64,000 nt of DNA from Eledone cirrhosa. Taxonomy: Eukaryota. The first letter of the stretch is position 1; every line of letters starts with the position of its first letter. Where the stretch lies: positions 193,936,001-194,000,000 of the forward strand of contig OZ024740.1 of assembly GCA_964016885.1 (NCBI GenBank), read 5' to 3'. The translations under genes were made by a program, and so were the position numbers. The notes below the pieces were generated by a model that saw only the letters and a list, made by a program, of their open reading frames with translations, searched no databases and was not told where the DNA came from. Below are positions 1-13,944 of this stretch, piece after piece.

Positions 1-774
1 CCAAACTCACACATACACACACATACATATATATCTCTCTCTCTATATATATATATACATATGTGTACATGTACACACACATAAACGTACTCACCAGTAA
101 TCCCTTAGCCTGTTTTAGGTGCAGGTACACACACACACACACACACACACACACTGGCTCATATACATTCAAACAAATACGCGCCCAAATACCTCCGTGC
201 CCACGTACATCTACAAAGATACATACACGCACACACATATCTCTGTCAGTATTCAAATGTGATATACTCACAGTCATATAAAACTGCACAATGGGTCATA
301 CAGGGTCATCCATGAAAGGATGCATCCTGTTATAGATGCACGAGTAAAACAATGTAAGCAAATACATACATCCATACACATACATGCAAGCGTACACACA
401 CATATATAAATAAATAAATAAATAAGTAAATAGAAAATAAAAATATAAATAAAAGTATATATATACACACACATACACATACACACACGCATTCATATAC
501 GTATACACATATATATATATATACACACACACATTCACATACACACACGCATGCATATACGTATACACATATATATATATATATACACACACACATACAC
601 ACCCACATATATATGTACATACACACACATACATACACATCAATAAAAAAAAAATACAATATACTAAAATATACATCTAACGTCATACATTAAAATATGT
701 ATCTCGTACTAAACATGCACAGATATAAACATTATAATCATATACATACATCCATACACATTCACGTAACACAT

Positions 775-843
<69 letters not shown>
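775..843. repeat. (TA)n microsatellite, representative of dozens of (TA)n/(CA)n/(GA)n/(TACA)n tracts in 1-45 kb
   Basis: Direct dinucleotide run; such tracts produce the [12 protein letters not shown] ORFs in the track. Confidence 0.98.
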
Positions 844-847
<4 letters not shown>

Positions 848-885
848 AATAAAAGTCAAATGATTAAAATTTAGCTTCGTTTATT

Positions 886-940
886 ACTGCTATATATATT
901 TCAGTGACAGCCATCTTTGGCTGTGACCTCTTCAGGCAGT
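886..940 (-). ncRNA. Type I hammerhead ribozyme (PLE pseudo-LTR type)
   Basis: Minus strand: ACTGC CTGAAGA GGT-cacagccaaagatggctgtc-ACT GAAA tatata TA GCAGT. Stem I ACTGC/GCAGT, palindromic stem III, AUA site. Confidence 0.85.
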
Positions 941-1561
941 TTGAATTAGTATGGTATAGACAAGTACATATGTTGTTTAGGTGTATGATATTGTCAATAC
1001 TCTGATATGCCCAGTTCCTTGTTGGGTTGTTAATTCACTGGGGAACTGGAGTCATATGAATTCAAACAAACGAATTTTAGTGTCACAGGTCCCCTTCTCC
1101 TCTCATTGGTCAGTTATTAGTGTTGTCATTGTTGGAGTTAGCTTAAAAATTGATAAAATGGTAGAAGGGACAAGGTGTTGAAGGAACAAAATATCAAAAA
1201 ATGTGTCAAACTTCCCATTGTTCAGTTCTGAGAGCATTCCTCAGTCAGAAGTCTATAGAATTCTTTCTGGGGTGAGGCTCCCTGTAGTGTTTATGCCTGC
1301 TATTGTTCAGTACATTTGACCTCCACCATTATTTTGGTACTGTTGTTGTTGTAGTGGTCAGCTTATATCTTGCTGCTGCTAACAATTTAGAAGTATTCAG
1401 TTTGTGTTTTCTCTTCATCCCACCCGCCACCACCGTAGTGGTGGTGGCGGGGGGGGGGGGGGGGTTATTTCATGTATATGAAGAAATATAAGGCAATAAA
1501 TGAAGAAAACAGTGCTCCAGCCTGCATACTGAGGTGTTGGTACACAACCAACATAAACTCA

Positions 1562-1669
<108 letters not shown>

Positions 1670-1671
1670 TT

Positions 1672-1760
<89 letters not shown>

Positions 1761-1812
1761 GACGTAAAATAAGAAAATATTTTAAAAAAATTTTTTACTT
1801 ACTTAAATTTTC

Positions 1813-1894
1813 ACTCCAACTAATTAGTTTCTGCAATGGGATAAAGACAGTTACGTAATCCAACTGTCGAGAATTCATTGCGTCATCAGGGAGT
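1813..1894 (-). ncRNA. Type I hammerhead ribozyme with extended stem II
   Basis: ACTCC CTGATGA c GCAATG...CATTGC a GAAA ctaattag TT GGAGT. Confidence 0.85.
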
Positions 1895-2369
1895 CTATTC
1901 TCAGTTAAGTCTCCAGGCAATGCGCGGACACTGGCGGCTCATATAAAAATAATAATAATTCGGTAGATCGAACAGCTTGCGAGGACTGGATTCTATGTAC
2001 CGAAATTCTCACTGCTTCAAGTCAAATGGCCGATTCTAAAGAATCAATCACGTGACACAGAGGCTAGTTAGAAGGAATGGGATGGTAAGATGACTGACGC
2101 CTACTAACACCCCCAAAAAAATTTTTTTAGAAGTGGTTTTGACAAGTTTGCTCGACAAATCAGTGATTTGGAGATAAATATAGATAATTTAATATATCAA
2201 CTAACATAAGCGCACAGATGCACGCCCATGCCAGCAAATACACAGGTTATGTCATAGTACCTAGGTGGTTCAATGCAGGAGAATGCAGAACAATAATATA
2301 AAGGACGTAAAATAAGAAAATATTTTTTTTTAAAAATTTTAAAAAATTTTTTTACTTACTTAAATTTTC

Positions 2370-2451
2370 ACTCCAACTAATTAGTTTCTGCAATGGGATA
2401 AAGACAGTTACGTAATCCAACTGTCGAGAATTCATTGCGTCATCAGGGAGT
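2370..2451 (-). ncRNA. Type I hammerhead ribozyme (second copy of 1813-1894)
   Basis: Same sequence as 1813-1894. Confidence 0.85.
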
Positions 2452-2670
2452 CTATTCTCAGTTAAGTCTCCAGGCAATGCGCGGACACTGGCGGCTCATA
2501 TAAAAATAATAATAATTCGGTAGATCGAACAGCTTGCGAGGACTGGATTCTATGTACCGAATTGTTCTGCATTCTCCTGCATTGAACCACCTAGGTACTA
2601 TGACATAACCTGTGTATTTGCTGGCATGGGCGTGCATCTGTGCGCTTATGTTAGTTGATATATTAAATTA

Positions 2671-2714
<44 letters not shown>

Positions 2715-3218
2715 CGCTTACACATATAAAAACAATAAAATAAATATACAATATATTAAAATATGCATATAACGTCACATAGAGATATATAAAAGAGAGG
2801 AGAAAGGAGAAGGTATGTGTATGCGTGCAATATAGTACATATGAGGAGTATAAGATGCACACTTAGGTCTGTACGGAACAAATAAAGATGTGTTCCAAAA
2901 TTGAACACATGGAGAGTATGTATTCACGATTGAAAAGGTACGCATGCATGGGGGCGCGTAGCCCGGTCATACTGGGGTCTGTCACTGTGGTTGAGGTGTG
3001 TTGTCCTATAGGTGCAAGGTACGTGACTGAACGACCGTGGAATCCGGGTTAACCTGTCTCGGCTCAGGCGATGTTCCTGCCTTGGGTGACGTGCGGAGTC
3101 GGGTATGCATCGATTATATTTGGTTTACCCCACTGCGCATATAATGTCATCAGGGTATGGTGTCTGATCCCTTTAACCTGTTTCGTCGCTCTGGTCGGCA
3201 CGTGCTCCGCCGCATGTC

Positions 3219-3655
3219 CTAGCCTGGGCTTCCCGGAGGATTCCATGCGGAGAGTGTGCACCTTCTCTGGTGTCTGCAGGTCATGATCATTTCCGATTTC
3301 AGATTGACCGTGTCATCCTTCAGTCTTACTATTTCCATGGCCTCGTATAGGCATAGGCTACATTTTCTACTTACAGCCGAGTATGCATTCGCGTGCCGAA
3401 CGATACTCCAGTCAAGGGCGTCTTTCAGGTCCCACACCAGGTCCGCTAGCCTAGTGGAGTGCCTTTTGATTCGGTCCTTGAAGGAGTCCGTATGGTTATA
3501 CATCCGCGATTTAAAGGTCGTGGATGTTGCGCCGATGTAGGTGCGTTTTACATTGTGGTGCTAACCACACATTTGTTTACAAGGCCCTTCGTCAGGCATT
3601 TTCCCTGTAGGGAGCACTGGGTTCCCGCTCTGCAGTTACAAGTTCTGTTGTTATT
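3219..3655 (-). pseudogene. 5'-truncated PLE GIY-YIG endonuclease C-terminus (Cys-rich type, possibly Hydra-like clade)
   Basis: Minus-strand translation NRTCNCRAGTQCSLQGKCL, then after a frameshift TYIGATSTTFKSRMYNH...LVWDLK...WSIV...KCSLCLYE...NLKSEM..CRH; truncated by (TA)n at ~3659. Confidence 0.75.
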
Positions 3656-3657
3656 AG

Positions 3658-3739
<82 letters not shown>

Positions 3740-4663
3740 GTGTCCTGCAGCATAATTTATATGATTTATATTAGAATGAATAGCTCATACGACTGGCTTA
3801 ATGAATAGCTTGTACAAAAACAACTATATTAGATTTTGTTATTGCTATTGATTCCGTGTACCGAAATTAGTATAATTTTCGAAACGGGAGACATATTTTC
3901 GCACAGAAAATCAATGACGTTAACTATATGTTCACAATATATTCTATATGGTTAGGCGATTTACACATATAATTAATATCAACATTTTTTCCCTTTTTCT
4001 TAAATATCTGTGAATTCAAATTTACAAATGATGTACTTGTAAAACTCTGAAAAATATTGTTTTTTTGTTTTATATAAGAACGCTGTTGGTTGGAGAAATG
4101 GAGAATCTTGCTAATTATTAAAGTTATCCTGCCAAGACACCTCATCATTTAAATGTAGTGGAGCAGATAAAATATTGATACACACAAGTGCTGATTCTGA
4201 TATTTCTTCATCACATTTTCAACAGACAGTAAAATGATGTGATTAGGAAACAAATCAATGCATTTGAACGTAAGAAAATTGGCACGTCAAGTATTTTTAT
4301 ATCCATTTGTTGACAGAAACAAATACACATTTATCGCGGCAGTAATAACATAACAACAGACAGGCTTCCATCGAGTGGAAAACAACGATTAGCTTTCAAT
4401 GTCTGTTTGAAGCCAATTCAAATCCAAGTCTGGTTCTGCTTTTCGGTATGATATACGAATGTTTCTTGGAATGTAAATGTGAGGGTGTTTAGAAAATTTA
4501 GGATCCTATTATTTGACCCGATTCCAATTATATATCAACACACGCAGATATTAAAATCCCAAGCGGATGTAAAGCAGGGATACAGTTAATGACCGGATAC
4601 CTTTAACGGCTTTAGTAATTTGTGTCACAATTACACTGATCTTGATTTTAATTAATTTTATAG

Positions 4664-4713
4664 CTTCTTCTTCTTCTTCTTCTTCTTCTTCTTCTTCTTC
4701 TTCTTCTTCTTCT
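4664..4713. repeat. (TTC)n microsatellite
   Basis: Direct trinucleotide run. Confidence 0.95.
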
Positions 4714-5611
4714 TGCATCAAGTCTGTAATATCGGAGCTGTAATCTCTCGATTCGCGGAAGTAATGGCTTTACCATCTATAACCTACCCCAAACATACCT
4801 TGTACAAAGATATTTACAAGCAATAGTACCTATATTATGTTCTGGAACATTGAGTAGCTTATAGGCTAAATCTCCTTTTAGCTACGCTGATTTAGGAAAG
4901 TATTTATTCAAACTGCACATCTGCAGGATAAATGAATCTACCTGGAACTAAGCTTCAATATGTAAGATAAACTGTTTGGCTATCACAACATATCTGACGT
5001 ATTACCTAGTAGCGTTGCTACATTTTCTCTTTAAGTAATACATATGAATGCAAAGCCATAAGCAAAACCAAGAAAACCGAGTTTTTAGGTGACATCTCAT
5101 GTATTTTCTTGAATAGGGAGAGTTAAAATATTTGTGATAGTTATAAACAGAATGCCCACACCTACACTCTCAAGAGATATAAAAAGCAATCAGAAAAAAA
5201 TATAACAAGATAAAAAAAATTAAGTGACAATGATACAAAACGGAAAATGATAAATGTCATGATAGTATAATATAATAACAAGCGACATTTATACATATAT
5301 AGATTTCCTTTTAAAAACATTAGGAAATTATTCATAAATTCTTTATAGAATATTCACTTTATGATTATACAATTTACTTCTTCCAACACTTTTTAGATAT
5401 ATGAGTGAAAGAGTTTCAAATAATTTTCCTCATTCTTTGTTGAAAATATAAATAGCATTCTACCATTCCAAAGGATTTCAGCTATTAAAATATCAGCAGC
5501 AGAAACAAGAAACATTTTAAGAATTTAATCAAAGTCTGCTGGTATACATTTTCAGTGTTATTGTGTTATTCTAGGCATCTATGGTACACATTTCAATCAC
5601 ACGGACACACA

Positions 5612-5662
<51 letters not shown>

Positions 5663-6049
5663 ATGTATGTATATGTATGTATGTAAGTATGTGTGTACAG
5701 AGAGGGAGAGAGAGTAATATTTATATGTTCACACACACACGCACACACGCAGTCACACACATATATATATAATGGCGCAAGCTGACGATGCCAGAGACTA
5801 GCCATAACTCCAGGCAGATTAAACATGGTCTTCCGAGACTGAGCTGAGAATGATGATATATATAAAACTGAGTTATAGATTGCTTGAAGCATTCTGTAAT
5901 GTGAAGAAAATCGTGTTTTGCTTAAAAGGTACCATAATGTGAATTGAACGATAAATGTTAAATACATATATGATAACAATTAGGTTACAGCAGCATGTTT
6001 CTTTTTTTTTATGGCTCTGAGGCTACAATTGTTTGAAATTTGAGAGGGT

Positions 6050-7620
6050 CATTTATTTTCGCAAGGCTACGAGCAGCAAATGTGATTTAAGCTATTATTG
6101 TATCATTATCGTGACGCTACTCAAAACACCCTACAGTGGAACACAATTCAGGCCGCTTGTATTCTCGATCATATTATTCCGATCATTGCTCGACAACGTC
6201 GCGACTAAAGGCATATCTATTATGTTTAAGTTCGTCTGGCTGGAGTTGATCATAGTTTCTGACATGTTGTCTAGGAGGATCGGTGAGAAGAGCCAGGAAA
6301 TTTTTAGAGAGATCCTTCTATACTAGGGACAATAGGATTAATCTGGAGTTTATATCCGGTTTTGGGATGTGGTGGAAAGTTGGGAACATAATTTTTCTAG
6401 TGGGGATTTTGGTGTTTTGGTTGTTTAGAAGTTGTCGACGCCTGCTTATATCGACCCAATCGTTGTTAATGAGGTCCACAATCTGCGTTGACATGATAAC
6501 TTGGTACATAATGCATTGCCGTTGAGATGTTCAAACGCCAGGTGCTTGTAGTTCTTTCGAGTGACAAAGCAATATACTTTCCCTATGTCAGAAGGGGGGG
6601 GGGGGTATTAACGGTCTTTTGTTCTTAAGTTTTATCAAGTGAAATATTATTACTTTCGGAAGTAATCGAGATTGTATTTAGAAATTTGAGGGGGTGGGGT
6701 CGGAAGTTGTTTGTCGCAGTAGTAGTGGTGTTGCTGGTGTTGTTGAGAGCAGATAACGATTTCAGCTGATAGAATGCTTCGCAAAATTCGGTTTCGACAT
6801 CCTGTTGCAATTTGGTGTCGAATCACTGTTAAGATATCTTTTGGGCCTAGTCTGACGAGTTTAATTTACATACGGGAGAGAGATCCTACTATGTCTGTGA
6901 CGAGCGGTTGTTTTAGTGATGTGTGGTGTACTAGTGTTGGTCGGCATGCTGGTAGAAGCAGAGCTAGAATTGTCATGACTGCTTGAATAGATATACTGGG
7001 AAGAATTGTTGTTGACTAATATTTAAATCAGAGTCACATAAATGTTTGTTCCAGCAGTTTTTTCTCGTGATAGACATAATTGTGATAACATCAGTCTATA
7101 ACTGTTGTTGTTTCCTGAAGCAGAGAATTTGGAGGTAATTTCATTTGTGGTTGGAATTGGACTATTTTTACATGTATTGCCGGAGTAGATCAATCAGGTA
7201 TGGTAGGTGGATTCTGATGCAACTGTTGTGTAATTAATCTAAAGACATTTTAAAGCTTGATAGGGGAAATCATGTAGCTATGTGTAGATTTACAATTGAG
7301 ATGTTTATTGTGTGTTTCTTTCGGACAACGTTCAAGAAAGCTGATTTGGTAACCAACTTTCTTAGTACATCCTGCTGATAGTTAGAATAGTTCTTTAACG
7401 GCTGCAAACTTCGCTTCGCACAGGTGTATGAATGAGAGAAAGTTGCGTATATTCTAGGAAATAGGGATTTGTTTAAAAGCTACCAGAACGAGGATTAGGC
7501 GGTAAATGTTAAACATATGATAACAATGATGTTGGGGTGTTAACTTTCACATTTTTATAGGTCCTTATAATTCTGGATAAACTCTCTTCATCAAAAAATT
7601 AATAACAGATACTAGTTTGG
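6050..7620 (-). pseudogene. Heavily degraded PLE reverse transcriptase N-terminal region
   Basis: Fragments SDIGKVYCFVTRKNY (cf. ADKG..VV), FPTFHHIPKPDINSRLIL (cf. LYGLPKIHKPD.P.RPI) and FSRDVV (cf. SFDV) in the expected order; many stops; boundaries approximate. Confidence 0.45.
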
Positions 7621-7974
7621 AGTCGAGTATACTTTGCCGCTCCTGAGCAGCCAGTTTTGATGCTTTTAATTTTAAATGTTGTGTTCTTTTCAACGTTTGT
7701 AGTGAATCGATCGCTTGATATGTGATCTATGTTATGTTCTGTCTAAGCTTTTGTTGTTTCATTCTTAATGTAATAACAAGTTTTACTGTGCATACTTATG
7801 ATAGGCACAGACGTAAGGATCAAACCTATACAGAGATAGGTAATTGTTTAATGATTTATGTAATTAATTTGCAGCCCCATGCTTCCGAGTGCAATACTGG
7901 TATGCATCACATTGGGCAACTGCTTTCTAATGTAGCCTTGGCTTCAAGATTGTATCGCGAGTGTAGAAGATCAT

Positions 7975-8075
<101 letters not shown>

Positions 8076-8094
8076 GCACGTGTGTGTGTGTGCA

Positions 8095-8418
8095 CATTTC
8101 AATGACCGGGTTTAGTATGAATTCGGTGACATCATCAAGTATTCGAAATATAACAAAGGAATATAATAGACAAAATCCATGGGGATGAAAATCAGAGACA
8201 TGAGGGTGGCCGACAATTTAGCAGCTTCTACCCCGGTCTAAATGGTCGGCAACCCTCATGTCTCTGATTTTCATCCCCATGGATTTTGTCTATTATATTC
8301 CTTTGTTATATTTCGAATACTTGATGATGTCATCGAATTCATACTAAACCCGGTCATTGAAATGATCATAGTATAATAAACCTTTTAAGGAATTACACCA
8401 GTCCAGCCTCCTGTTATT
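8095..8418 (+). mobile_element. Foldback element (~125-bp arms) containing an HHR
   Basis: 8095-8221 is the reverse complement of 8239-8364. Right arm reads ATAC TTGATGA...GAAA tgatca TA GTAT then AATAAA (8317-8380). Flanked by (GT)n and (TA)n. Confidence 0.75.
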
Positions 8419-8433
8419 TTATAATATATATAT

Positions 8434-8499
<66 letters not shown>

Positions 8500-8644
8500 T
8501 TGTCTCTCTCTCTCTGTGCGTGGGTGTGTGTATGTGTATATATATATACATATATATATATATGTGTGTTTGATGGTAGCTAAGATGATTCCATAGGCGG
8601 TATGCCGGTTGAGCACTCTATGTTCTCACAGAGCAGAGTGTGAT

Positions 8645-8820
8645 ATAATATAAAACGAAAAATCAGTGATGCATCTGGAATCAGTTTATTGTGTGTTACA
8701 ATTGTTTCGCCGGCAGACAGATCCATAAAATGGTCGTGTCTCGAGCTGTCTGCCGGCGAAACTATTGTAACACACAATAAACTGAGTCCAGATGCATCAG
8801 TGATTCTTCGTTTTATATTA
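8645..8820 (+). mobile_element. Foldback element with a degenerate HHR
   Basis: Arms ~8645-8720 and ~8746-8820. GTGT CT--CGA gctg...cggc GAAA ctattg TA ACAC (8736-8773) has a 2-nt core deletion. Confidence 0.6.
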
Positions 8821-9156
8821 CATATATATATATATATATGAATCCTCTGTTAGATCATGGAATACCACGAGCATGTCTGTTACGTAAGTTGGATATTTGA
8901 TTTCGGATTCATAGAAACACTTTAAACGTATATAGTTTGATTTGTCCTGGTGTATCTTTTTAACCTGTTAGTTTTTTCGTTACTTTGGTATTGTGTGATA
9001 GGTTTTGCCTACCACAATGTTCAATCTGTCAAGCTATTTAAACGTATGTTATTACTCTAAGGACCTACCCTTATTGAGTGCTTTGCTAACTCATTCATAT
9101 TGTAGGTCGACTTTGCTTGCCCATAGCCAAAGCTACGATTTTACTAAGCTTCCACT

Positions 9157-9194
<38 letters not shown>

Positions 9195-9200
<6 letters not shown>

Positions 9201-9310
9201 TTGAAAAAAATGAAAACGAAATTTCATTTCTCACTCTTAGTATGGCACTTAGTTAAATGTAAGTATGTATGTATACTACATACATATATGTATACAGACG
9301 TACAGTAGCA

Positions 9311-9349
<39 letters not shown>

Positions 9350-10260
9350 GCATACAGGTACACATACATATATGCACGCATCAGTTTAGCCGACGTTTAT
9401 TATAACGCCGACCGCTTTGTTCGTTTGTTTGTCAACAAAGCGAACAGCCTGAATTTATGCCATACGGTGTTAAGGCAACCACGTCACCTTTTTGTTCAAC
9501 ACTGACACAGGAACGATGTACTAGTTTCAAGCTTGTTAGCTATCATCAGCATCGTTTACCCATCTGCCAGATAGTTGAACGTTCGAAAGTATATACTTTC
9601 CTTATGAAAATTAACGGCTGAGCAGCCTAATTTGCATATTGAGTGAGTTAAATCGGTCAGGCATACCGAAAACGATAAGTTGAAAAAAATGAAAACTAAA
9701 TTTCATTTCTCACTCTTAGTATGGCACTTACTTAAATGTAAGTATGTATGTATACGTACATACATATATGTATACAGACGTACAGTAGCATGCATATATA
9801 GATATATATATACACATATGCATACAGGTACACATACATATATGCACGCATCAGTTTAGCCGACGTTTATTATAACGCCGGCCGCTTTGTTCGTTTGTTT
9901 GTCAACAAAGCGAACAGCCTGAATTTATGCCATACGGTGTTAAGGCAACCACGTCACCTTTTTGTTCAACACTGACACAGGAACGATGTACTAGTTTCAA
10001 GCTTGTTAGCTATCATCAGCACCGTTTACCCATCTGCCAGATAGTTGAACGTTCGAAAGTATATACTTTCCTTATGAAAATTAACGGCTGAGCAGCCTAA
10101 TTTGCATATTGAGTGAGTTAAATCGGTCAGGCATACCGAAAACGATAAGTTGAAAAAAATGAAAACGAAATTTCATTTCTCACTCTTAGTATGGCACTTA
10201 CTTAAATGTAAGTATGTATGTATACATACATACATATATGTATACAGACGTACAGTAGCA

Positions 10261-10340
<80 letters not shown>

Positions 10341-10672
10341 CACATATTCATACAGGTACACATACATATATGCACGCATCAGTTTAGCCGACGTTTATTA
10401 TAACGCCGGCCGCTTTGTTCGTTTGTTTGTCAACAAAGCGAACAGCCTGAATTTTTGCCATACGGTGTTAAGGCAACCACGTCACCTTTTTGTTCAACAC
10501 TGACACAGGAACGATGTACTAGTTTCAAGCTTGTTAGCTATCATCAGCACCGTTTACACATCTGCCAGATAGTTGAACGTTCGAAAGTATATACTTTCCT
10601 TATGAAAATTAACGGCTGAGCAGCCTAATTTGCATATTGAGTGAGTTAAATCGGTCAGGCATACCGAAAACT
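9195..10672 (-). repeat. Retrozyme-like tandem array, 3 units of ~470-530 bp, one HHR per unit
   Basis: HHRs at 9512-9556, 9982-10026 and 10510-10554: AACG(A/G)TG CTGATGA tagc-taacaa-gctt GAAA ctag TA CATCGTT. Unit length varies only in the internal (TA)n. Confidence 0.85.
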
Positions 10673-12175
10673 TATATATATATATACATATAAATATAAT
10701 TCAGCGAGTATCGTATTTCGGCTGGTAGAAAAACCGAAACGAAACGCAAAATCGTAGAAATGCTGGCAAGAGCTCAATAGTTAAGAAAACTAGAACTAAA
10801 CAATATGTTAAAACGCCATACAAACTGAAAAAGTGGTTAATAAGGCATTAACCAGCTAAGCCAAAAAAATAAATCAAGCTAAACAGGTCAAACAAAATAA
10901 ATGATAAAAACCTGGACCCAAATGGAATAGATGGTGAAATCCAAATGCAGGGTTTCTATGACACCTAAATCAAAAATACTGTCTGCTTAAAACTATAAGC
11001 TCTCAGCATAAAGATCGAACAAGGAATATCACGTTATCAACAGGTAATTTTGCTCTGTAACCAACTTTGCCAGTGACGCAGAACTTTGTAAACGCACATC
11101 CGTAAGTCACAAGGGGAAATTCCCCATATTTTGGCAAATGAATTCAGTATGTGTATATCATACAAAAAATTGCATAGATAGCACAAATCGAATAAGCACT
11201 CAATCGGGTAGTTTTTAAAATAAACTTATGCAATTAATCTGTCAATGGAATTATTAACAGGTTAATTGTAAGACTCGGGAGATGGTGTGCCAATTATATA
11301 TTCAGACATTCTCTACTGATAGCTTGTTGGATTCCAGCATTTATCCTCTCTTTAACATGCGACACTTTAGATAGAGTATGTCATCTCTATGATCACGTGT
11401 ACTCCTTTGTTCTCTTAAGCGGTGCTTTGGCATTACTAAGTTGTGTGGCCGTTTTGGGGAAGAACTCTTTGGAATTCCTTCCTGCTGGTTTATTTGTCGT
11501 TACTCTCATTGAATCTGTTGTGTATCCGGGAGATCGTATTCCGTACACAGGCTATTTTGGTTCTGTAAGGAAGGGCTGAATCCTGGTGTACACATATGTT
11601 CCTGTAGTGATCCATCCTGTAAAATCTGTTGTATATAGATCCCTTCTCTGTGATATTTTGTGTAGGGTCGGGTACAGAGACAGACCCAGGGATATCGAGA
11701 TACTCAACGTCAACATTTATCTGTGCATTAAAGTCTTTGAAGACGCCGGGTTGTAGTTTCCTTGAATCATTGTGGAATATGAAACTTGGTTATGTCTTGG
11801 AAGCCGTTACAATACGAGTAGGGTGGTAATTATTAATCGAATGAAGAAGGAGGCATAGAAAAGTCTTCTCCGGAAAAGTCGCAAACCAACGATCTTAGTA
11901 ATCAGTATCAATCACCAATTATCGATTTTAGTAATAAGCAGCTGAAGACCAAGATTTTATTCCTAAATACAGATAGGTTTTTCTATATTTATCTCACACT
12001 GCACAACATTACTAGTTTTCTTGATATATTATAGATTTTATGTATCGTTAAACATAGTATATTTGATGCTGTGAACTAATGTTCATGGAGTTTTTTTATT
12101 GAGAAAAATAATCGATATGTATTTTATATGTATCGATTAAACCTAAATATATCGATTAAACCTAATATATATATG

Positions 12176-12214
<39 letters not shown>

Positions 12215-13429
12215 ATTCTTAAGAACAAATACAAAGAAAGGACAAGACAACGAATTTTTTTTTTAAACGAATATACAAACGAAGGGCACAGAACTCCATT
12301 GTAATCAGCCGTTGGGATGAACATGGGCCCCTTTTCGACCCCCTAACATCGGTATTGCTGGTTTATCCGGGGTGACAGCGTCTGACATAAGCCAAACGCT
12401 GTCCAAAGATGAAAGACAAAACAATAATTTATAGCCATTAAGCTACAAAATATATACAATATTATATATCGAAGGAAATAGTTAACGTTTTGATCTTTGT
12501 GGAAATATTGTTCAGAATATGTCTGAGTCAATATCCATGCATAAGGTTTTGAAAACGGTGGTCCTTTTCTATTGGTAAATATTTGGTTTCTTATGATTTA
12601 ATCTAATCTCATCATTGTCTTAGATGCCTTGTCCTATTGGGAATATTGACGTATTGCATACTATATTATTTTCTGTTAAACAGTTATAATCAGTAAATAA
12701 TTTATATAGTCCTGTCATATATTTTGAGCACGTTGGACATTGCATGACATCAAATATTTCTACCACTTGAATAATCCGTTTTCTACACAAAGAAACTCCG
12801 GTGAAAATGCAATTCTGTGAACATTTGGAATCTATCTTTATATATCTCCCCACTTAGATTAATCTAAAAGTTTAATATAACTATTAACACTGACTGCAGT
12901 ACGTATTGTTTTTAACTCTGTTATTTCTACATGCCAAATCATTAGAATTGAATAAGATACTGAAATTAATTCTGAATAATTTTCCAGAATATACGCTAAC
13001 CTCTTGATTTGAATCTTTACAAAATAATGAAATCTTATTCCAGTTGATGATTTTCTATATTCTATTACGTTGACACTGTTTGATTTTGTATTACTTTGTT
13101 TTACTACATTTCTCTTCATCCTTCATTCAGCAGATATTAAATTTTAATTATTTAAAATCTCAACGTATTACTCAAAATTTACGTAATCTACAGGATCTAC
13201 TGTTATATGTTAGAGATGTTTTATTTTTGCTAAAATCAAATTTAGCTTAAGCTTTTCTATTTTTCTTCTTTATTGTTAGTAGAAATAAATTCAAATGAGA
13301 ATATATCGTTATAATATACCGAGTTGAAGATTCATCAGATAAAATTAAATAGAACAGATATTAGATTATATATGAAAAAATGACATCTCCTTATAATATA
13401 TAACCAGCAATTTCTCTGTCTGTCTGTCC

Positions 13430-13680
13430 GACAGTGGAAACACGTGCGCGCGTGCGAATGTTTTTTGCGTACGCGTAGAGAGAGAGTGAGAGTGAAAGAA
13501 AGAGACAGACTACGAGAGGGGGATAGCGGGAGGGAGAGAGGGAGAGAGAGAGTGAATAGACGCTAAAACACGTGCGCACGTGCGAATGTATTTTGCGCAC
13601 GCGTAGAGAGAGAGTGAGAGTGAAAGAAAGAGACAGACTACAAGAGGGCGTTAGCGGGAGGGAGAGAGGGGGGAATTGAG
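13430..13680. repeat. ~130-bp imperfect direct duplication, GA-rich
   Basis: aaacacgtgcgc...gagagagagtgagagtgaaagaaagagacagactac occurs twice. Confidence 0.7.
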
Positions 13681-13697
13681 GAGTGCTACAGAAACAT

Positions 13698-13907
13698 ATA
13701 TATATTTCTGTGTGTGTGTAATATATATATATACACACACAGAAATATATATATATACACACAGAAATATATATACATTTTCTGTGTGTGTAATATATAT
13801 ATATATATACACACAGAAATATATATACATTTCTGTGTGTGTAATATACATATATATATACACACAGAAATATATATACATTTCTGTGTGTGTAATATAT
13901 ATATATA
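13698..13907. repeat. Minisatellite of alternating inverted units
   Basis: tttctgtgtgtgt and acacacagaaa alternate, separated by TA spacers. Confidence 0.75.
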
Positions 13908-13944
13908 CTAGCAGAAAACGACCCGGTGGGTGGTTTTCTGCTAG

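Larger units (their letters stand above)
1755..2672 (-). mobile_element. PLE pseudo-LTR: tandem duplication plus inverted segment, inserted in (TA)n
   Basis: 1755-2022 is repeated at 2297-2560; 2561-2672 is the reverse complement of 2181-2294; each direct copy holds an HHR. Confidence 0.8.

Noticed and set aside
3100-3190. Minus-strand CTGATGA with a flanking hairpin, downstream of the GIY-YIG fragment
   Set aside because: The hairpin is followed by GATG rather than GAAA, and no consistent stems I and III could be built.
7550-7600. Minus-strand TTGATGA...GAAT HHR-like motif
   Set aside because: Two core mismatches and weak stems; not supportable.
10900-12100. Possible decayed retroelement with CTGAAGA at ~11942
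   Set aside because: No recognisable protein motif in the frames I read and no matching GAAA or stems.
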